Assembly (NCBI GenBank): GCA_052327205.1
Contig: CM126207.1
Coordinates: forward strand, 64,728,001 to 64,792,000
DNA: 64,000 nt
DNA from: Somniosus microcephalus
Taxonomy: Eukaryota
Direction: 5' to 3'
The notes under the pieces were generated by a model. It searched no databases. It worked only from the letters and a program-made list of their open reading frames with translations, and was not told the origin of the DNA. The translations under genes were made by a program, and so were the position numbers. Below are positions 12,461 to 25,234 of the stretch, piece by piece; the stretch's first letter is position 1, and every line of letters begins with the position of its first letter.

Positions 12461-15029
12461 TTACTTGTGCCTTGTAGATGGTGGAAAGGCTTTGGGAGTC
12501 AGGAGGTGAGACACTCGCCGCAGCATACCTAGCCTCTGACCTGCTCTTGTTGCCACAGTATTTATGTGGCTGGTCCAGTTAAGTTTCTGGTCAATGGTAA
12601 CCCCCAGGATGTTGATCTTGGGGGATTTGGCGATGGTAATGCCATTGAATATCAAGGGGCAGTGGTTAGACTCTCGCTTGTTGGAGATAGTCACTGCCTG
12701 GCACTTGTGTGGCGCAAATGTTACATGCCACTTATCAGCCCAAGCCTGAACGTCGTCCAGGTCTTGTTGGATGTGGGCATGGACGGCTTCATTATCTGAG
12801 GAGTTGTGAATGGCACTGAACACTGTGCAGTCATCAGCACACACCCCCATTTTTGACCTTATGTTGGAGGGAAGGTCATTGATGAAGCAGCTAAAGATGG
12901 TGGGGTCTAGGACACTGCCCTGTGGAACACCTGCAGCATTGTCTTGGGGCTGTGATTATTGACCTCCAACCACCACAACCATCTTCCTTTGTGCTAGGTA
13001 TGACTCCAGCCAGTGGAGAGTTTTTCCCCCGATTCCCATTGACTTCAGTTTGCCTAGGGCTCCTTGATGCCACACTCGGTCAAATGCTGCCTTGATGTCA
13101 AAGGCAGTCACTCTCACCTCACCGCTGGAATTCAGCTCCTTTGTCCATGTTTGGACCAAGGCTGTAATGAGGTTGGGAGCCGAGTGACCTTGGCGGAACC
13201 CAAACTGGGCATCAGTGAGCAGGTTATTGGTGAGTAAGTGCCATTTGATAGCACTGTTGATGACATCTTCCATCACTTTGCTGATGATTGGGAGTAGACT
13301 GATGCAGCGGTAATTGGCCATATTGGATTTGTCCTGCTTTTTGTGGACAGGACATACCTGGGCAGTTTTCCACATTGTCAGATAGATGCCAGTGTTGTAG
13401 CTGTGCTGGAACAGCTTGGCTAGACGTGCGGCTAGTTCTGGAGCACAAGCCTTCAGCACGACAGCCGGGATGTTGTCGGGGCCCATAGGTTATGCTGTAT
13501 CCAGTGCGCTCAGCCGTTTCTTGATATCACATGCAGTGAATCGAATTGGCTGAAGACTGGCTTCTGTGATGGTGGGGACCTCAGGAGGAGGCCGATATGA
13601 ATCATCCACTCGGCACTTCTGGCTGAAGATGGTTGCCAACGAGTCAGCCTTGTCTTTTGCACTCATGTGCTGGTCTCCACCATTGTTGAGGATGGGGATA
13701 TTCATGGAGCCTCCTCCTTCCGTTAGTTGTTCAATGGTCCACCGCCATTCACAACTGGATGTGGCAGGACTGCAGAGCTTTGATCTGATCCGTTGATTGT
13801 AGGATTGCTTAGCCCTGTCTGTAGCATGCTGGTTCCGCTTTTTAGCATGCATGTAGCCCTGTGTTGCAGCTTCCCCAGGTTGGCACCTCATTTTTAGGTA
13901 CACCTGGTGCTGCTCCTGGCATGCTCTTCTGCACTCCTTATTGAACCAGGGTTGATCCCCTGGCTTGATGGTAATGGTAGAGTGAGGGATATGCTGGGTC
14001 AAGAGGTTACAGATTGTGGTGGAATACAATTCTGCTTCAGCTGATTGCCCACAGCGCCTCATGGATGCCCAGTTTTGAGCTGCTAAATCTGTTCTGAATC
14101 TATCCCATTTAGATGGAGGGTGTCCTCAGTGTGAAGATGGTCTCCAGCAACACCTCTGTTGCTCCCCTCCCTGCTGCTGCTCCACTCTCTACAGACCACC
14201 TTCCGGTTTCTCCACAGCAGGCTGTTGCTGCTGATCATGGCCATCTTGCACCTCAGTCGAGATCCAATCTAAGGCAGCCATGGTGCCTCCCATCCTGATT
14301 TTATGAATCTCAATACCTACAAAATCCACAAATTAGCCTCTCAACTCAAGTACTCTCAACAAACCCTTTCCCAGTGGGAGGTAAGAAAGCAGCTGAGAGC
14401 ACTTAATATTTATTGATGTCTGTATTCATAACTTTTAATCAGCCCCATGAATTGCCATACAATCTTCTCGCCTTCCTTTTGATGACGAGTTTCAGGAAGC
14501 CTGGGAAACCTGTGCATGTGATGTTAAAATTAAATACTGGTCAAAATCTCGTCTAAAGTGGCTCATTTAAAAAAAGTGGCTTCCAGACATGCTGACATTT
14601 TTATCGATTTTAACAACCCTACCGAACCCCAACCTGCACGCTCTTTACTATTAAAATTTCCCCCATTGTATGTTTAAAGGGCTCGTATATCTTATTTTTC
14701 AACAAAAATATTCAAATTAAATAGTAGCTTCATACCACTGGATGTTGCTTTTTGCCACAGTTTATCCAGCACAACCTGACCTTGTGGTCCAAACTCTCTC
14801 AAATCAGCTGTTGTCAAATCTGATTGCAAACAGTTCCTGAACTGTGAACTGCAGTCCATCAACTAAAATATATATAAATGGCTACCCTGGCAGGGTAGCA
14901 GCAATATAATTTTATCTTTTCTTAATATGATTTTAATTGTCAGATGGCTGGTGGTAAACTCTATACCCAACAATGCAAAAAAGGTATGCTTTTAATAGTC
15001 TATTTAAAAACAGTACCAAGAAAGATTCT

Positions 15030-15420
15030 TGTGGGAATTTTAACTCCCTCTACCCAGCGGAAAGCGGGTGGGGGGCGCAGTAATGCCCACTCTGTTTCTA
15101 CTCGACTGCAACTTAAAATGCCTCATTTTTCAGATGTACGAGCCTCCCGCCTGACTCAGGTAGGAGCCTCATACATTTATGTAAATTGGAGTCCTATTAC
15201 GTCAGTCGGGCCCCGACATAATCACTACTCTGAATTTAGCATGGTCCCCACAGCGGCAGCCCTGATAGCTGAAATCTCAGCAGCTGAATGATTGGGTCTT
15301 TCCTGGTAAGCTTTAAACTTTCTGTTATGGGGCTCATAAGGAAAGTGTAGGCCTCCCAGTTCCCGGATTTCTGCTCTTTTGCAAAGCACCCAGAACCTCC
15401 AGACCCCTATCCCCGCATTT
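15030..15420. mobile_element. Degraded Harbinger-type MITE end
   Basis: Starts gggaattttaactccc...gcgggtgggggg, like the termini at 40898 and 63143; no partner end found. Confidence 0.4.
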
Positions 15421-15600
15421 ACTTTGTGTGTGTCTCAAGGCAGCAAAGGTAGCATATGGTTAGTTATGTAAAAAAAGACTGGGTTGATCAAATTTAGAAT
15501 GAAATTAAAGCCACTTTACTGGAATGTAATTTCTTCTACCCAATTTTGGTTTCATTGTTGATTGAATCACATTTAAAACATTTTGCTATTATTTTGTCCA

Positions 15601-15636
15601 TTGGCTACTGCATTGCTGGAATTATGCAGTAGCCAA
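15601..15636. repeat. 13-bp perfect inverted repeat (small foldback element?)
   Basis: ttggctactgcat ... atgcagtagccaa with a 10-nt spacer. Confidence 0.6.
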
Positions 15637-16577
15637 ACCAAAGTAATATGATCAAGACTTTTTAAAAGTTGAAGTCCATTATCCATAAAAATGCTTTTCA
15701 AACATCACTGAAAAATATTATTTTACTGTTCATAAACTCCCACCCATCTGATTTTTGTTATATCAACTACGAACAAATGATTTAAGTAATTCCAATCAGA
15801 CCATTTCAGAGTTCTTTATCAAAAAAGACAGACATCATAAGTAACAAGTGATGTAGCAAATATCAATAGTGTACATTGGATTGCTAGCAGAAGAATTACA
15901 TCCTATCTCTCCTAACTACTGGCTGCCATTTGGGATTTTTCAACATTGCTAATGAATGATGCATGGAAGTGTCAATTTTTCTTACAGTATCCGTTTATTC
16001 TGTTAACATCCTAAATGATTTATTTCTTGGCAATTCCCAACATGAACAAACTGAGGCAAATTAAAATGCTAAAAAGCACTGCTGCTTATGAACATGGGAA
16101 AGGACCAATGAAGTATCCTAATTGGCAGAGCGTTGTTCAAAATCACCCTAAAAAAATTCAGTTTCCTTCAGAACCTGTCATTATTCTGGACTGCTCTGCA
16201 TCAAAGCTACTGCTGTTTAGAGACACACAGAGAGCAATTGAAAAAAAATTCAACTGGAACTGTGAGCATTGCTCACAAAATTTCGCACAATAGGTGTCAG
16301 TGGAGGAGGATGTGTGAATTATATAAAAATAGTCAAAATGTCAGGGGAATGAACTGCACATACACATGCAATCAGTCCTGCAGTGCAAAAGGGCCTAATT
16401 TAAAACCGTAACACTATTTTTGCTGTGCTAGGTACACTTCCATGTGTTTTAAAATGTGGAACTTGTGCAAGCATTATCTGTTAAAAAAGTGACACAGAAG
16501 AATATCGTTGTGAGCAAAAACAGTGAACAATTAAGTTGTTTTACATAAATGTTAAACCATGGAATTTTAGAAAAAAA

Positions 16578-18664
16578 GAAACATAGTAAAATAGGAGCAG
16601 GAGTAGGCCATTCGGCCCTTCGAGCCTGCTCCACCATTCAATATGATCATGGCTGATCCTATCTCAATACCATATTCCCCCTCTCTCCCCATACCCCTTG
16701 ATGCCTTTTGTGTCTAGAAATCTATCTATCTCATTCTTAAATATATTTAGTGACTTGGCCTCTACAGCCTTCTGTGGTAGAGAATTCCACAGGTTCACCA
16801 CCCTCTGAGTGAAGAAATTTCTCCTCATCTCAGTCCTAAATGTCTTACCCCGTATCCTGAGACTGTGACCTCTCGTTCTAGACCCCCCAGCCAGGGGAAA
16901 CATCCTCCCTGCATCCAGTCTGTCTAGCCCGGTCAGAATTTTATACATTTCAATGAGATCCCCTCTCATTCTTCTAAACTCTAGTGAATACAGGCCTAAT
17001 CGACAGTCCTGCCATCCCAGGAATCAGTCTGGTGAACCTTTGCTGCATTCCCTCGATGGCAAGTATATCCTTTCTTAGGTAAGGAGGCCAAAACTGCACA
17101 CAGTACTCCAGGTGTGGTCTCACCAAGGCCCTGTATAACTGTAGTAAGACATGCTTGCTCCTGTACTCAAATTATTTGCAATGAAGGCCAAAATACCATT
17201 TGCCTTCCTAACTGCTTGCTGCACCTGCATGTTTGCTTTCAGTGACTGGTGTACAAGGACACCTAGGTCCCTCTGTACATCAACATTTCCCAATCTATCA
17301 CCATTTAAATAATACCCTGCCTTTCTGTTTTTCCTACCGAAGTGGATAACTTCACACTTATCCACGTTATACTGCATCTGCCATGTATTTGCCCACTCAC
17401 TCAACTTGTCTAAATCGCCTTGAAGCCTCTTTGCATCCTCCTCACAACTCACAATCCCACCTAGTTTCATGTCATCAGCAAACTTGGAAATATTACATTT
17501 GGTTCCCTCATCCAAATCATTGATATATATTATGAAATGCTGGGGCCCAAGCACTTATCCCTGCGGTACCCCTGCCACCCCGAAAAAGTCCTATTTATTC
17601 CTACTCTCTGTTTCCTGTCTGTTAACCAATTTTCAATCCATGCCAGTATATTACCCCCAATTCCATGAGCTTTGATTTTGCACACTAACCTCTTATGTGG
17701 GACTTTATCAAAGTCCTTCTGAAAATCCAAATACACCACATCCACTGGTTCTCCCTTATCTATTCTACCAGTTACATCCTCAAAAAACCCCAGTAGGTTT
17801 GTCAAACACGATTTCCCTTTCATAAATCCATGTTGAATTTGTCTAATCCTGTTGATATTTTCTAAGTGTCCTGTTATCACATCCTTTATAATAGACTCTA
17901 GCATTTTCCCTACTACTGATGTTAGGTTAACCGGTCTGTAATTCCGTTTTCTCTCTCCCTCCTTTTTTAAATAGTGGGGTTACATTTGCCACCCTCCAAT
18001 CTGCAGAAACTGAGCCATAATCTATAGAATTTTAGAAGATAACAACCAATGCATCCACTATTTCCATGGCTACCTCTTTTAGTACTCTGGGATGCAGATT
18101 ATCAGGCCCTGGGGATTTATCGGCTTTCAGTCCCATTAATTTCTCCAGCACTATTTTTTTACTAATACTAATTTCCTTTAATTCCTCCTTCTCACTAGAC
18201 CCTTGGTTCCCTAGCATTTCTGGGAAGTTATTTGTGTCCTCTTCCGTGAAGACAGAACCAAAGTATTATGTTTAATTGCTCTGCCATTTCCTTGTTCTCC
18301 ATTATAAATTCTCCTGTTTCTGACTGTAAGAGACCTACATTTGTCTTCACTAATCTTTTTCTTTTTACATACTTGTGGAAGCTTTTACAGTCTGCTTTTA
18401 TTTTCCTTGCAAGTTTACTCTCATACTCTATTTTTCCCCTCTTAATCAATCTCTTGGTCCTTTTTTGCTGAACTCTTAACTGCTCCCAATCCTCAGGCTT
18501 GCTACTTTTTCTGGCAACTTTATATGACTCCTCTTTGGATCTAATACTATCCTTAATTTCTTTTGTTCGCCATGGTTGGGCTGCTTTTCCTTTTGTGTTT
18601 TTGCGCCAGAAAGAAATGTATAACTGTTGCAATTCATGCATTCGTTCCTTAAATGTTAGCCATT
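16578..18664 (-). mobile_element. CR1 LINE, 5'-truncated, frameshifted
   Basis: Minus-strand ORFs 18228-18641, 17530-17904, 17120-17554 and 16664-16969 are CR1 ORF2 pieces; CR1 tail at 16578-16660. Confidence 0.93.
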
Positions 18665-18781
18665 TTCAAACGGATCCTAATTTTTGGAAAGGTTTCAAAA
18701 TGCTAGCAAATCAATATAATCAGGAGACTCATCAAAATATGGTGTATTTTAAAATTGCTTGTTGAACTTTGAAATAACAAT

Positions 18782-19395
18782 GGCCCAGAACTTGCGGTAG
18801 TACTCACGGCGAGGCTGTCAGCGCTCGCCATTATTACTGTGTAAAACTGACAGCAACTTCTGGCATCTGCACATGTGCAGTAAACGCGGAAATTTGGAAG
18901 TTGCTGTCAGTGATACCCTGCTCCTCCACAGGGTGCGCTGTTTCAGTCTTTGCCGATGGAATCAGTAGAAATCACTGATTTGTCGTGAACATCAACTACT
19001 TACACACTGTAAAAACTGTAAAGTGTTGAGCCTTGTTCAGTCAGGAGTAACTGAGTTTTTATTGGTGTAGTATGTCATAATTATTGCTGACCAACCTCTC
19101 TGGCCCTGAAAAACTAATTTTACAGGTATGGTGTCTCATTCCCTCAGAAAAACATTTAAAAATAATAGAATTTTAATAAAATATATATTTTTTAAGTTTT
19201 TGTTCTGTTATTTATGTTTCTCCCTTACCCCATGTATATGTCCCAATCTTTATTTCATTTTCTGTACAATGATTTAAATATGATTATATCCCCAGCTTTT
19301 TACTTCCTGCTTTGCTGGTTGTGGAAATTCTTCAATCTGATTGGCTGATCAGCCTGCCTGCTGCCTGCCCTGTTGCTGAACACCACAGATCCCCT
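18782..19395. mobile_element. Harbinger-type MITE, one end only
   Basis: Starts ggcccagaactt after AAT, like the TIR ggcccagaaatt at 36037; truncated by CR1 sequence. Confidence 0.45.
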
Positions 19396-20489
19396 AGGAT
19401 TCAGCTATACCAAAGATTAGAAGTTAGGTTTATAACTTTAAAAAAGGCTTCAAATAAATGATGGACAGTAGAAGACAAAAGTAACACCTGTAAAAGAACA
19501 ATGTTGGACATGCAAGACAGGCACATAACTATGATTAGCAAACTGAGACTAAACAAGTGTGAACCTAAATGAATTAAAACTGAAATAAAGAGGAAAAACC
19601 ACCTATACAAGTTTTGCAAGGAAAAGGGGGAAGGGGTGCACTAGGATGAATATAGGATACACAGAAACATGGCAAATGGTTGATCGGAGGAGCAAAAGAA
19701 ACCTAGAAAAAAGAATAGCTGTAGAAACAAAATATAACAGTTAAAACTTCTTTCAGTATTACATTAGTTATTTTTAAAGGGCGAGCAGAAAAGAGGTGAG
19801 AACATTAAAAGATGCAAATGGGTTTGACCCTGAGGATGAGCAAAGATAATAAATATTTTGAGGGACAGTATTAATTGTCATTTAGAAAGGCACAGATTAA
19901 TCAAGGACAGTCACCATGGATTTGTTAAGGGAAGGTAGTATCTGACTAACATGATTTAATTTTTTGAGGAGGTAACAAGGAAGGTCAATGAGGGTAGCAC
20001 GTTTGATGTAGTCTACATGGATTTTAGCAAGGCTTTTTGACAAGGTCCTACATGGCAGACTGGTCAGAAAAGTAAAAGCTCATGGGATCCAAGGGAAAGT
20101 GGCAAGTTGGATCCAAAATTGGCTCAGTGGCAGGAAGCAAAGGGTAATGGTTGATTGGTGTTTTTATGACTGGAAGGCTGTTTCCAGTGGGGTTGCGCAA
20201 GGCTCAGTACTAGGTCCCTTACTTTTTGTGGTATATATCAATGATTTAGACTTCAATGTAGGGGGCATGATTAAGAAGTTTGCAGATGATTCAAACATTG
20301 GCTGTGTGGTTGATAGTGAGGAAGAAAGCTCTAGACTGCAGGATGATATCAATGGACATTTGGGGAGGGCTAGCAAGGCATGGGAATACACAATAAATGG
20401 CAGGATACTGAGAAGTGTAGAGGAACAGAGGGATCTTGGAGTGCATGTCCACAGATCCCTGAAGGTAGCAGGACAAGTAGATAAGGTGG

Positions 20490-22095
20490 TGTTAAGTCTG
20501 TGTGTCCCGGTTATGCTTATTATAAATCACTGGACACAGACCACAAGAATAACTTTAACAGGTCTTTACTATTCGGAGGTCAGGGCTGAACTGCCCAGCA
20601 AATCCCTACACAACGTTTATATACCGGTGTGGTCACCACCGGTATTACAGTATACAGCAGCCAAGAGAAAGTAGTACATATTAAGGATGAAATAGCGGAG
20701 CACTTAGCAAATGGGGACAGGATAGGACAGAGTCAACATGGATTTACAAAGGGTAAATCGTGCTTGACTAATCTATTGGAATTTTTTGAGGGAGTAACTG
20801 GTAGAATAGATGGGGGAGAGCCAGTAGATGTGGTGTACCTGGACTTCCAAAAGGCCTTCGATAAGGTCCCACATAAAAGATTAGCATGGAAAATTGAGGC
20901 TCATGGGATAAAGGGGAAAGTTTTGGCGTGGATAGGGAACTGGCTGTCAGATAGAAAACAGAGAGTTGGAATAAACGGCTCATTTTCTGAATGGCAGGCA
21001 GTAACAAGTGGGGTACCACAGGGATCTGTCCTGGGCCCCCAGCTGTTCACAATTTACATTAATGACCTGGATCAGGGAGTCGGATGCAGCATTTCCAAAT
21101 TTGCAGACGACACTAAACTAGGAGGTGGGGTGGGCTCAGAGGAAGAGACCAGGAAGCTCCAGAGCGATTTGGACAGACTGGGCGATTGGGCGGATAAATG
21201 GCAGATGCACTATAATGTGGACAAGTGCGAAGTTATCCACCTTGGGTGCAGGAACGGGAGGGCAAATTATTATTTAAATGGCAATAGATTGGGAGAGGGG
21301 GAAGTACAGAGAGACCTGGGTGTTCTTGTACACCAGTCACTGAAGGCGAGCATGCAGGTGCAACAGGCGGTCAAGAAGGCAAACGGTATGCTGGCCTTCA
21401 TAGCAAAAGGGTTAGAATACAGGAACAGGGATACCTTGCTGCAGCTGTACAGGGCACTGGTGAGACCACACCTCGAGTACTGTGTACAGTTTTGGTCGCC
21501 TCATCTGAGGAAGGATGTTCTTGCCATGGAGGGGGTGCAGCGGCGATTCACCAGGCTGATACCAGGAATGGCGGGAATGACCTATGAGGAGAGACTATGT
21601 AGTTTAGGGATGTACACACTGGAGTTTAGAAGATTGAGAGGGGACCTCATAGAAGTGTATAAAATTCTGACAGGTCTAGACAGACTGGATGCAGAAGGAA
21701 TGTTTCCCTTGGCGGGTGAGAACAGAACTAGAGGACATAATTTAAGGATAAGGGCTAAACCATTTAGGACAGAGATGAGGGGGAATTTCTTCACTCAGAG
21801 AGTGGTGAACCTGTGGAACTCATTGCCACAGAGGGCAGTGTACGCCAGCTCATTAAATATATTTAAGAGGGAATTAGATATATTTCTACGGGCAAAAGGG
21901 GTTAAGGGTTACGGAGAGAAGGCGGGGACGGGATACTGAATTAAAGGATCAGCCATGATCTCATTAAATGGCGGAGCAGGCACGAAGGGCCGAATGGCCT
22001 ACTCCTGCTCCTATCTTCTATGTATCTATGTATCTATGTATCTATGTATCTCTTAAGGTAGTTCTCTTAAGGTGGAACAGGTTACATACACCACA
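20490..22095 (-). mobile_element. Ty3/Gypsy solo LTR, split by a CR1 (LTR parts 20490-20686 and 22053-22095)
   Basis: TG...CA ends; 5-bp TSD GGTGG (20485-20489, 22096-22100). Reverse complement shares gtatactg.a.taccgg..gtgaccacacc.gtatata and gtaaa.acctgtt...gtctgtgtc with the LTRs at 55133 and 59906. Confidence 0.85.
20687..22052 (+). mobile_element. Young 5'-truncated CR1 with an uninterrupted RT reading frame (to 21939)
   Basis: ORF 20629-21939 is open throughout; (tatctatg)n tail; TTAAGG at 20681-20686 and 22053-22058 is a probable TSD. Confidence 0.93.
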
Positions 22096-23114
22096 GGTGG
22101 TTAAGGCGGCATACAGGATACTTTCCTTTATTAGCCGAGGCATAGAATATAAGAGCAGGGAGGTTATGCTAGAACTGTATAAAATACTACAGTACTGCGT
22201 ACAGTTCTGGTCACCACAAGATGTGATTACACTAGGGAGGGTACAGAGGAGATTTATGAGGATGTTGCCAGGACTGGAGAATTTTAGCTATGAGAAAAGT
22301 TTGGATAGGCTTGGAATAGAGGAGGCTGAAGGGAGATATCATTGAGGTGTATAAAATTATGAGGGGCCTAGATAGGGTGGATTGGAAGGACCTATTTCCC
22401 TTAGCAGAGAGGTCAATAACCAGGGGGCACAGATTTAAAGTAATTGGTAGAAGGATTAGATGGGAGTTGGGGAGAAACTTTTCACCCAGAGGGTGGTGGG
22501 GGTCTGGAACTCACTGCCTGGAAGGGTGGAAAAGGCAGAAACCCTCATTGCATTTAAAAAGTACTTGGATATGCACTTGAAGTGCCATAACCCACAAGGG
22601 TACGGACCAAGAGCTGGAAAATGGGATTAGATTAGATATCTGTTTTTCGGCCGGCACAGACACGATGGGTCAAATGGCCTCCTTCTGTGCCGTAAACTTC
22701 TATGATTCTATATTCTGAAAGATTACTTCCTCAAAGTATGGGCAGGCATACTCTAATGAGGTTACATCACTGGACATTATTTACAGCAGCACTCAACAGG
22801 TATACAGTATTGCTAAGGGAGGTGGAATGGCAGAAAAAAATTAAAGAGCCAAGGCAAGATGAGAAATGGATTGCTAGTTCTATGTCAGTAGATTTTTCAA
22901 ATCACTGGAACCTGGAGAAAAAAGCCTACCGACTAGGCTATCTGATTCTTTAAGCTGCTATAGGCATCCATCTCTTGCATCAGTGCCCATTTCCTACCCA
23001 GTCCCACCCCCAGCAGTGAGTTTACAAGCGCAGGTGGGAAAACTGTTGTGAACCTGCCAAAAAAATTGACATTGCATTGACCCTGGAAACCTTACCAGAG
23101 TCAGTAGCAGGTCA

Positions 23115-23210
23115 AAAGCAAAATACTGCGGATGATGGAAATCTGAAATAAAAACAGAAAATGCTGGCAGTACCTGCTGAGTATTTCCAGCATTTTCTGT
23201 TTTCATTTCA
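23115..23210. mobile_element. Penelope-like element terminal fragment in inverted (hairpin) arrangement
   Basis: ctgaaataaaaacagaaaatgctgg ... ccagcattttctgttttcatttcag; same sequence family as 63753-64000. Confidence 0.7.
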
Positions 23211-24261
23211 GTAGTGGGTCAGTCAGGCAAGAAGAAAGCCTGCCCTGCTGTGCTTATACCACATATTGGATGAGGGAGGAAAATTTGGCCACCTTCAATA
23301 GAGCTCCAAGGCAAATCATTGAAGCCAAGGAAGAAAACATCATGAAGAGAACCCATTTAATGAAGCTACAGTTGATATTTGTTACTTTCATGCCTTGCTA
23401 TAGATGTACAATAATGGAACTTGAGAACAGAATTGAAAAAGAGGGGCGACAGCGATGGTTAGAGGTAGAAAATGTGGGCAAGTGGAATGGGAAGATGAAA
23501 TAGCAGCTTCACTAAACAGTAAGCAATTGAGATAAATGGCATCAAACTGTCAAGAGTGGCAGAGTTGGACCCCAAAAGATTAGCTAATACCTGAGGAACA
23601 AGAAGAACTCCTGTTTTAAGCACAATCTAAAAGTCTCTCTGCAATGGTCACTTCAATCATGGATCCACTGTAACTCAAGTTGAAGTTTACCATTCATTCT
23701 TTCTATTTAAACTTCAAGCCAAAGGCTTCAAAGTTTATGTTGGTTGTTATTGTGGGGAAAGCTTCCTCTGTGTACTACATGTAATAATGTTGTAAATGGG
23801 TTGATGATACCCTCAGACATAGCATAGAGATGAGATCTTCCCCAAGTGTTTTTTTTAATCAATATAAATATTTTAATCATTTCCTTATATGAATAATAAT
23901 TTTAGAATGTAGTGATTGATTTCAGGAACGCTGAAGATGGCTTGATTCAATTTGGAACTGTAAATATTGAGCAGGTTTTACACACCAGCAGTTTCAATAT
24001 TTTCTAGAAAATTATTTCTTTCATTGTTTGTGTTTTATGAATTTGTACAAAGGATACTAGAATTTCTAGCTGGTATCCTTTACCATTTCTTTTTCCTGCC
24101 CCTGCGAAGTTCTTAGATTTAGCAGGAGGAGCGGCACAAGATCTTTTTTAGTCAGCCAACATTCAGGAGACACATCTGGGAACAGCTCCTAGCACATGAA
24201 GTTGCAACTAAACTGACCTTACCACAACAGCAGTGAAACTTGGAGAAATGACTGCTATCCT

Positions 24262-24276
24262 GTTGCCATTGGAAAC
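24262..24276 (+). promoter_or_regulatory. RFX X-box-like motif GTTGCCATTGGAAAC
   Basis: Fits the X-box consensus; exact reverse complement occurs at 25583-25597. Function untested. Confidence 0.4.
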
Positions 24277-24537
24277 TCAGTGCTGCACTGCTTGTTTGCC
24301 CTTTTCCATTTTTTCTTGGGAATAAAACTAAGAATATATTGTGAAATAATTAAAGATGTATTTTTGCATATAAACCTGGATTATAAATAAGACGGATGAT
24401 TTGTAGTGTTAGTATTATAATAAGAACCGCAAGATTTAAATGCAACACAGCATAACAAAGGCCTGCATATGAAAATATGAATCATCCTAACCATCTACTG
24501 TGATACCTCTTGATTCAATATTAAATGCAAACCTTAT

Positions 24538-25234
24538 GGCCTAGAAATTCATTGCCCTTAGCACCGATTTTGCGGCGCTAGAGGGCCTAGCGCTGCAATT
24601 GGCGCCGGTTCCTAAATTGCCTGGGGCCCTTCCGCGGCGGTAGACCGGTAGCGCTGCGCCGGCACCGATGACGTCATCGGTGTGCGCAGCGTCCCGGTTG
24701 CTGTGGTAACCCGGCCCCAAGCCGAAATTCAGTTGCGCCCGCCTCGCCCGTGGCAGGCGCAACTAAGACTCTGGCAACAGAGTCTTCCCCCAGTGTGCGC
24801 CGGCGCATAAAGGTGGAGCGGCGGCCGGCCGCGTTCCCGGCGGCCGCCTGCCCGCACCTCCCTTCCCGGACTCCTGCATTCCCCCCCCGCGGCCCTGATC
24901 AGTGTCTGATGCGAGCCCGGCACTTCCCCGAGGTGCCGGGCTCAGATGTCGGGTCAATCCGCCGGACAGTTGTCGGCTGCAGGTAGCTCCTCCTTAACAG
25001 GAGGAGGAGGCCTGCAGTTCCCCCGCCTGCCGCACCGCATCGGGTGCCGCAGCGGGGGATTAGCGCCGGGAAACCCAAGTTCACGCCCGTTTTGAGGCGC
25101 TAAAGGAGGGTTTTAGCGCCCGCCGCCGCCTGGGCCCGGCGCACCCGAATTTTCGTCGGGCGCTGCCGCATTACCGCTGGCGCAAACTTTCTGGCGCTAC
25201 AGCCCTGGCAAGACCAGAACCCAATTTCTAGGCC
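24538..25234. mobile_element. Young CpG-rich Harbinger MITE (697 bp)
   Basis: 12-bp perfect TIR ggcctagaaatt/aatttctaggcc; TSD TAT (24535-24537, 25235-25237); CpGs undecayed. Confidence 0.9.

Larger units (their letters stand above)
9511..14139 (-). mobile_element. CR1-group LINE of a second, divergent family; 5'-truncated and split by a CR1
   Basis: RT motifs GPDNIPAVVLK, FDIKAAFDRVWHQG, CADD and WADKWHVTFAPHKC; poly(A) tail at 9511; GTCT duplicated at 9507-9510 and 14140-14143. Confidence 0.85.
7430..14293 (-). pseudogene. Harbinger transposase of element B, in four pieces
   Basis: N-terminus MGGTMAALDWISTE...QQQQ (14293-14140). RHYPRNRVYRQR...VNCKGFHSVNV...RFPGSIHEAATLRQS (9510-8906). 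GWLLGDK (8073-8054). Acidic region plus HIAA/DARDSLIAVRF C-terminus (7600-7430). Confidence 0.85.
5054..14664. mobile_element. Harbinger element B (two-gene type) fragmented by nested insertions; left end uncertain
   Basis: Myb gene (+) at 5360-7145. Transposase (-) can be reassembled from 14293-14140, 9510-8906, 8073-8054 and 7600-7430. Right end is ttaaaatttccccc. Confidence 0.75.
19860..22712 (+). mobile_element. CR1 LINE (second subfamily, as at 52816-62118) hosting a solo LTR; older CR1-like sequence upstream (~19400-19860)
   Basis: WIQNWLSGRKQRVMV...FADD (20099-20490) resumes at 22096 (VVKAAYRILSFISRGIEYKSREV) and ends in a ttctatgattcta tail. Confidence 0.9.
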
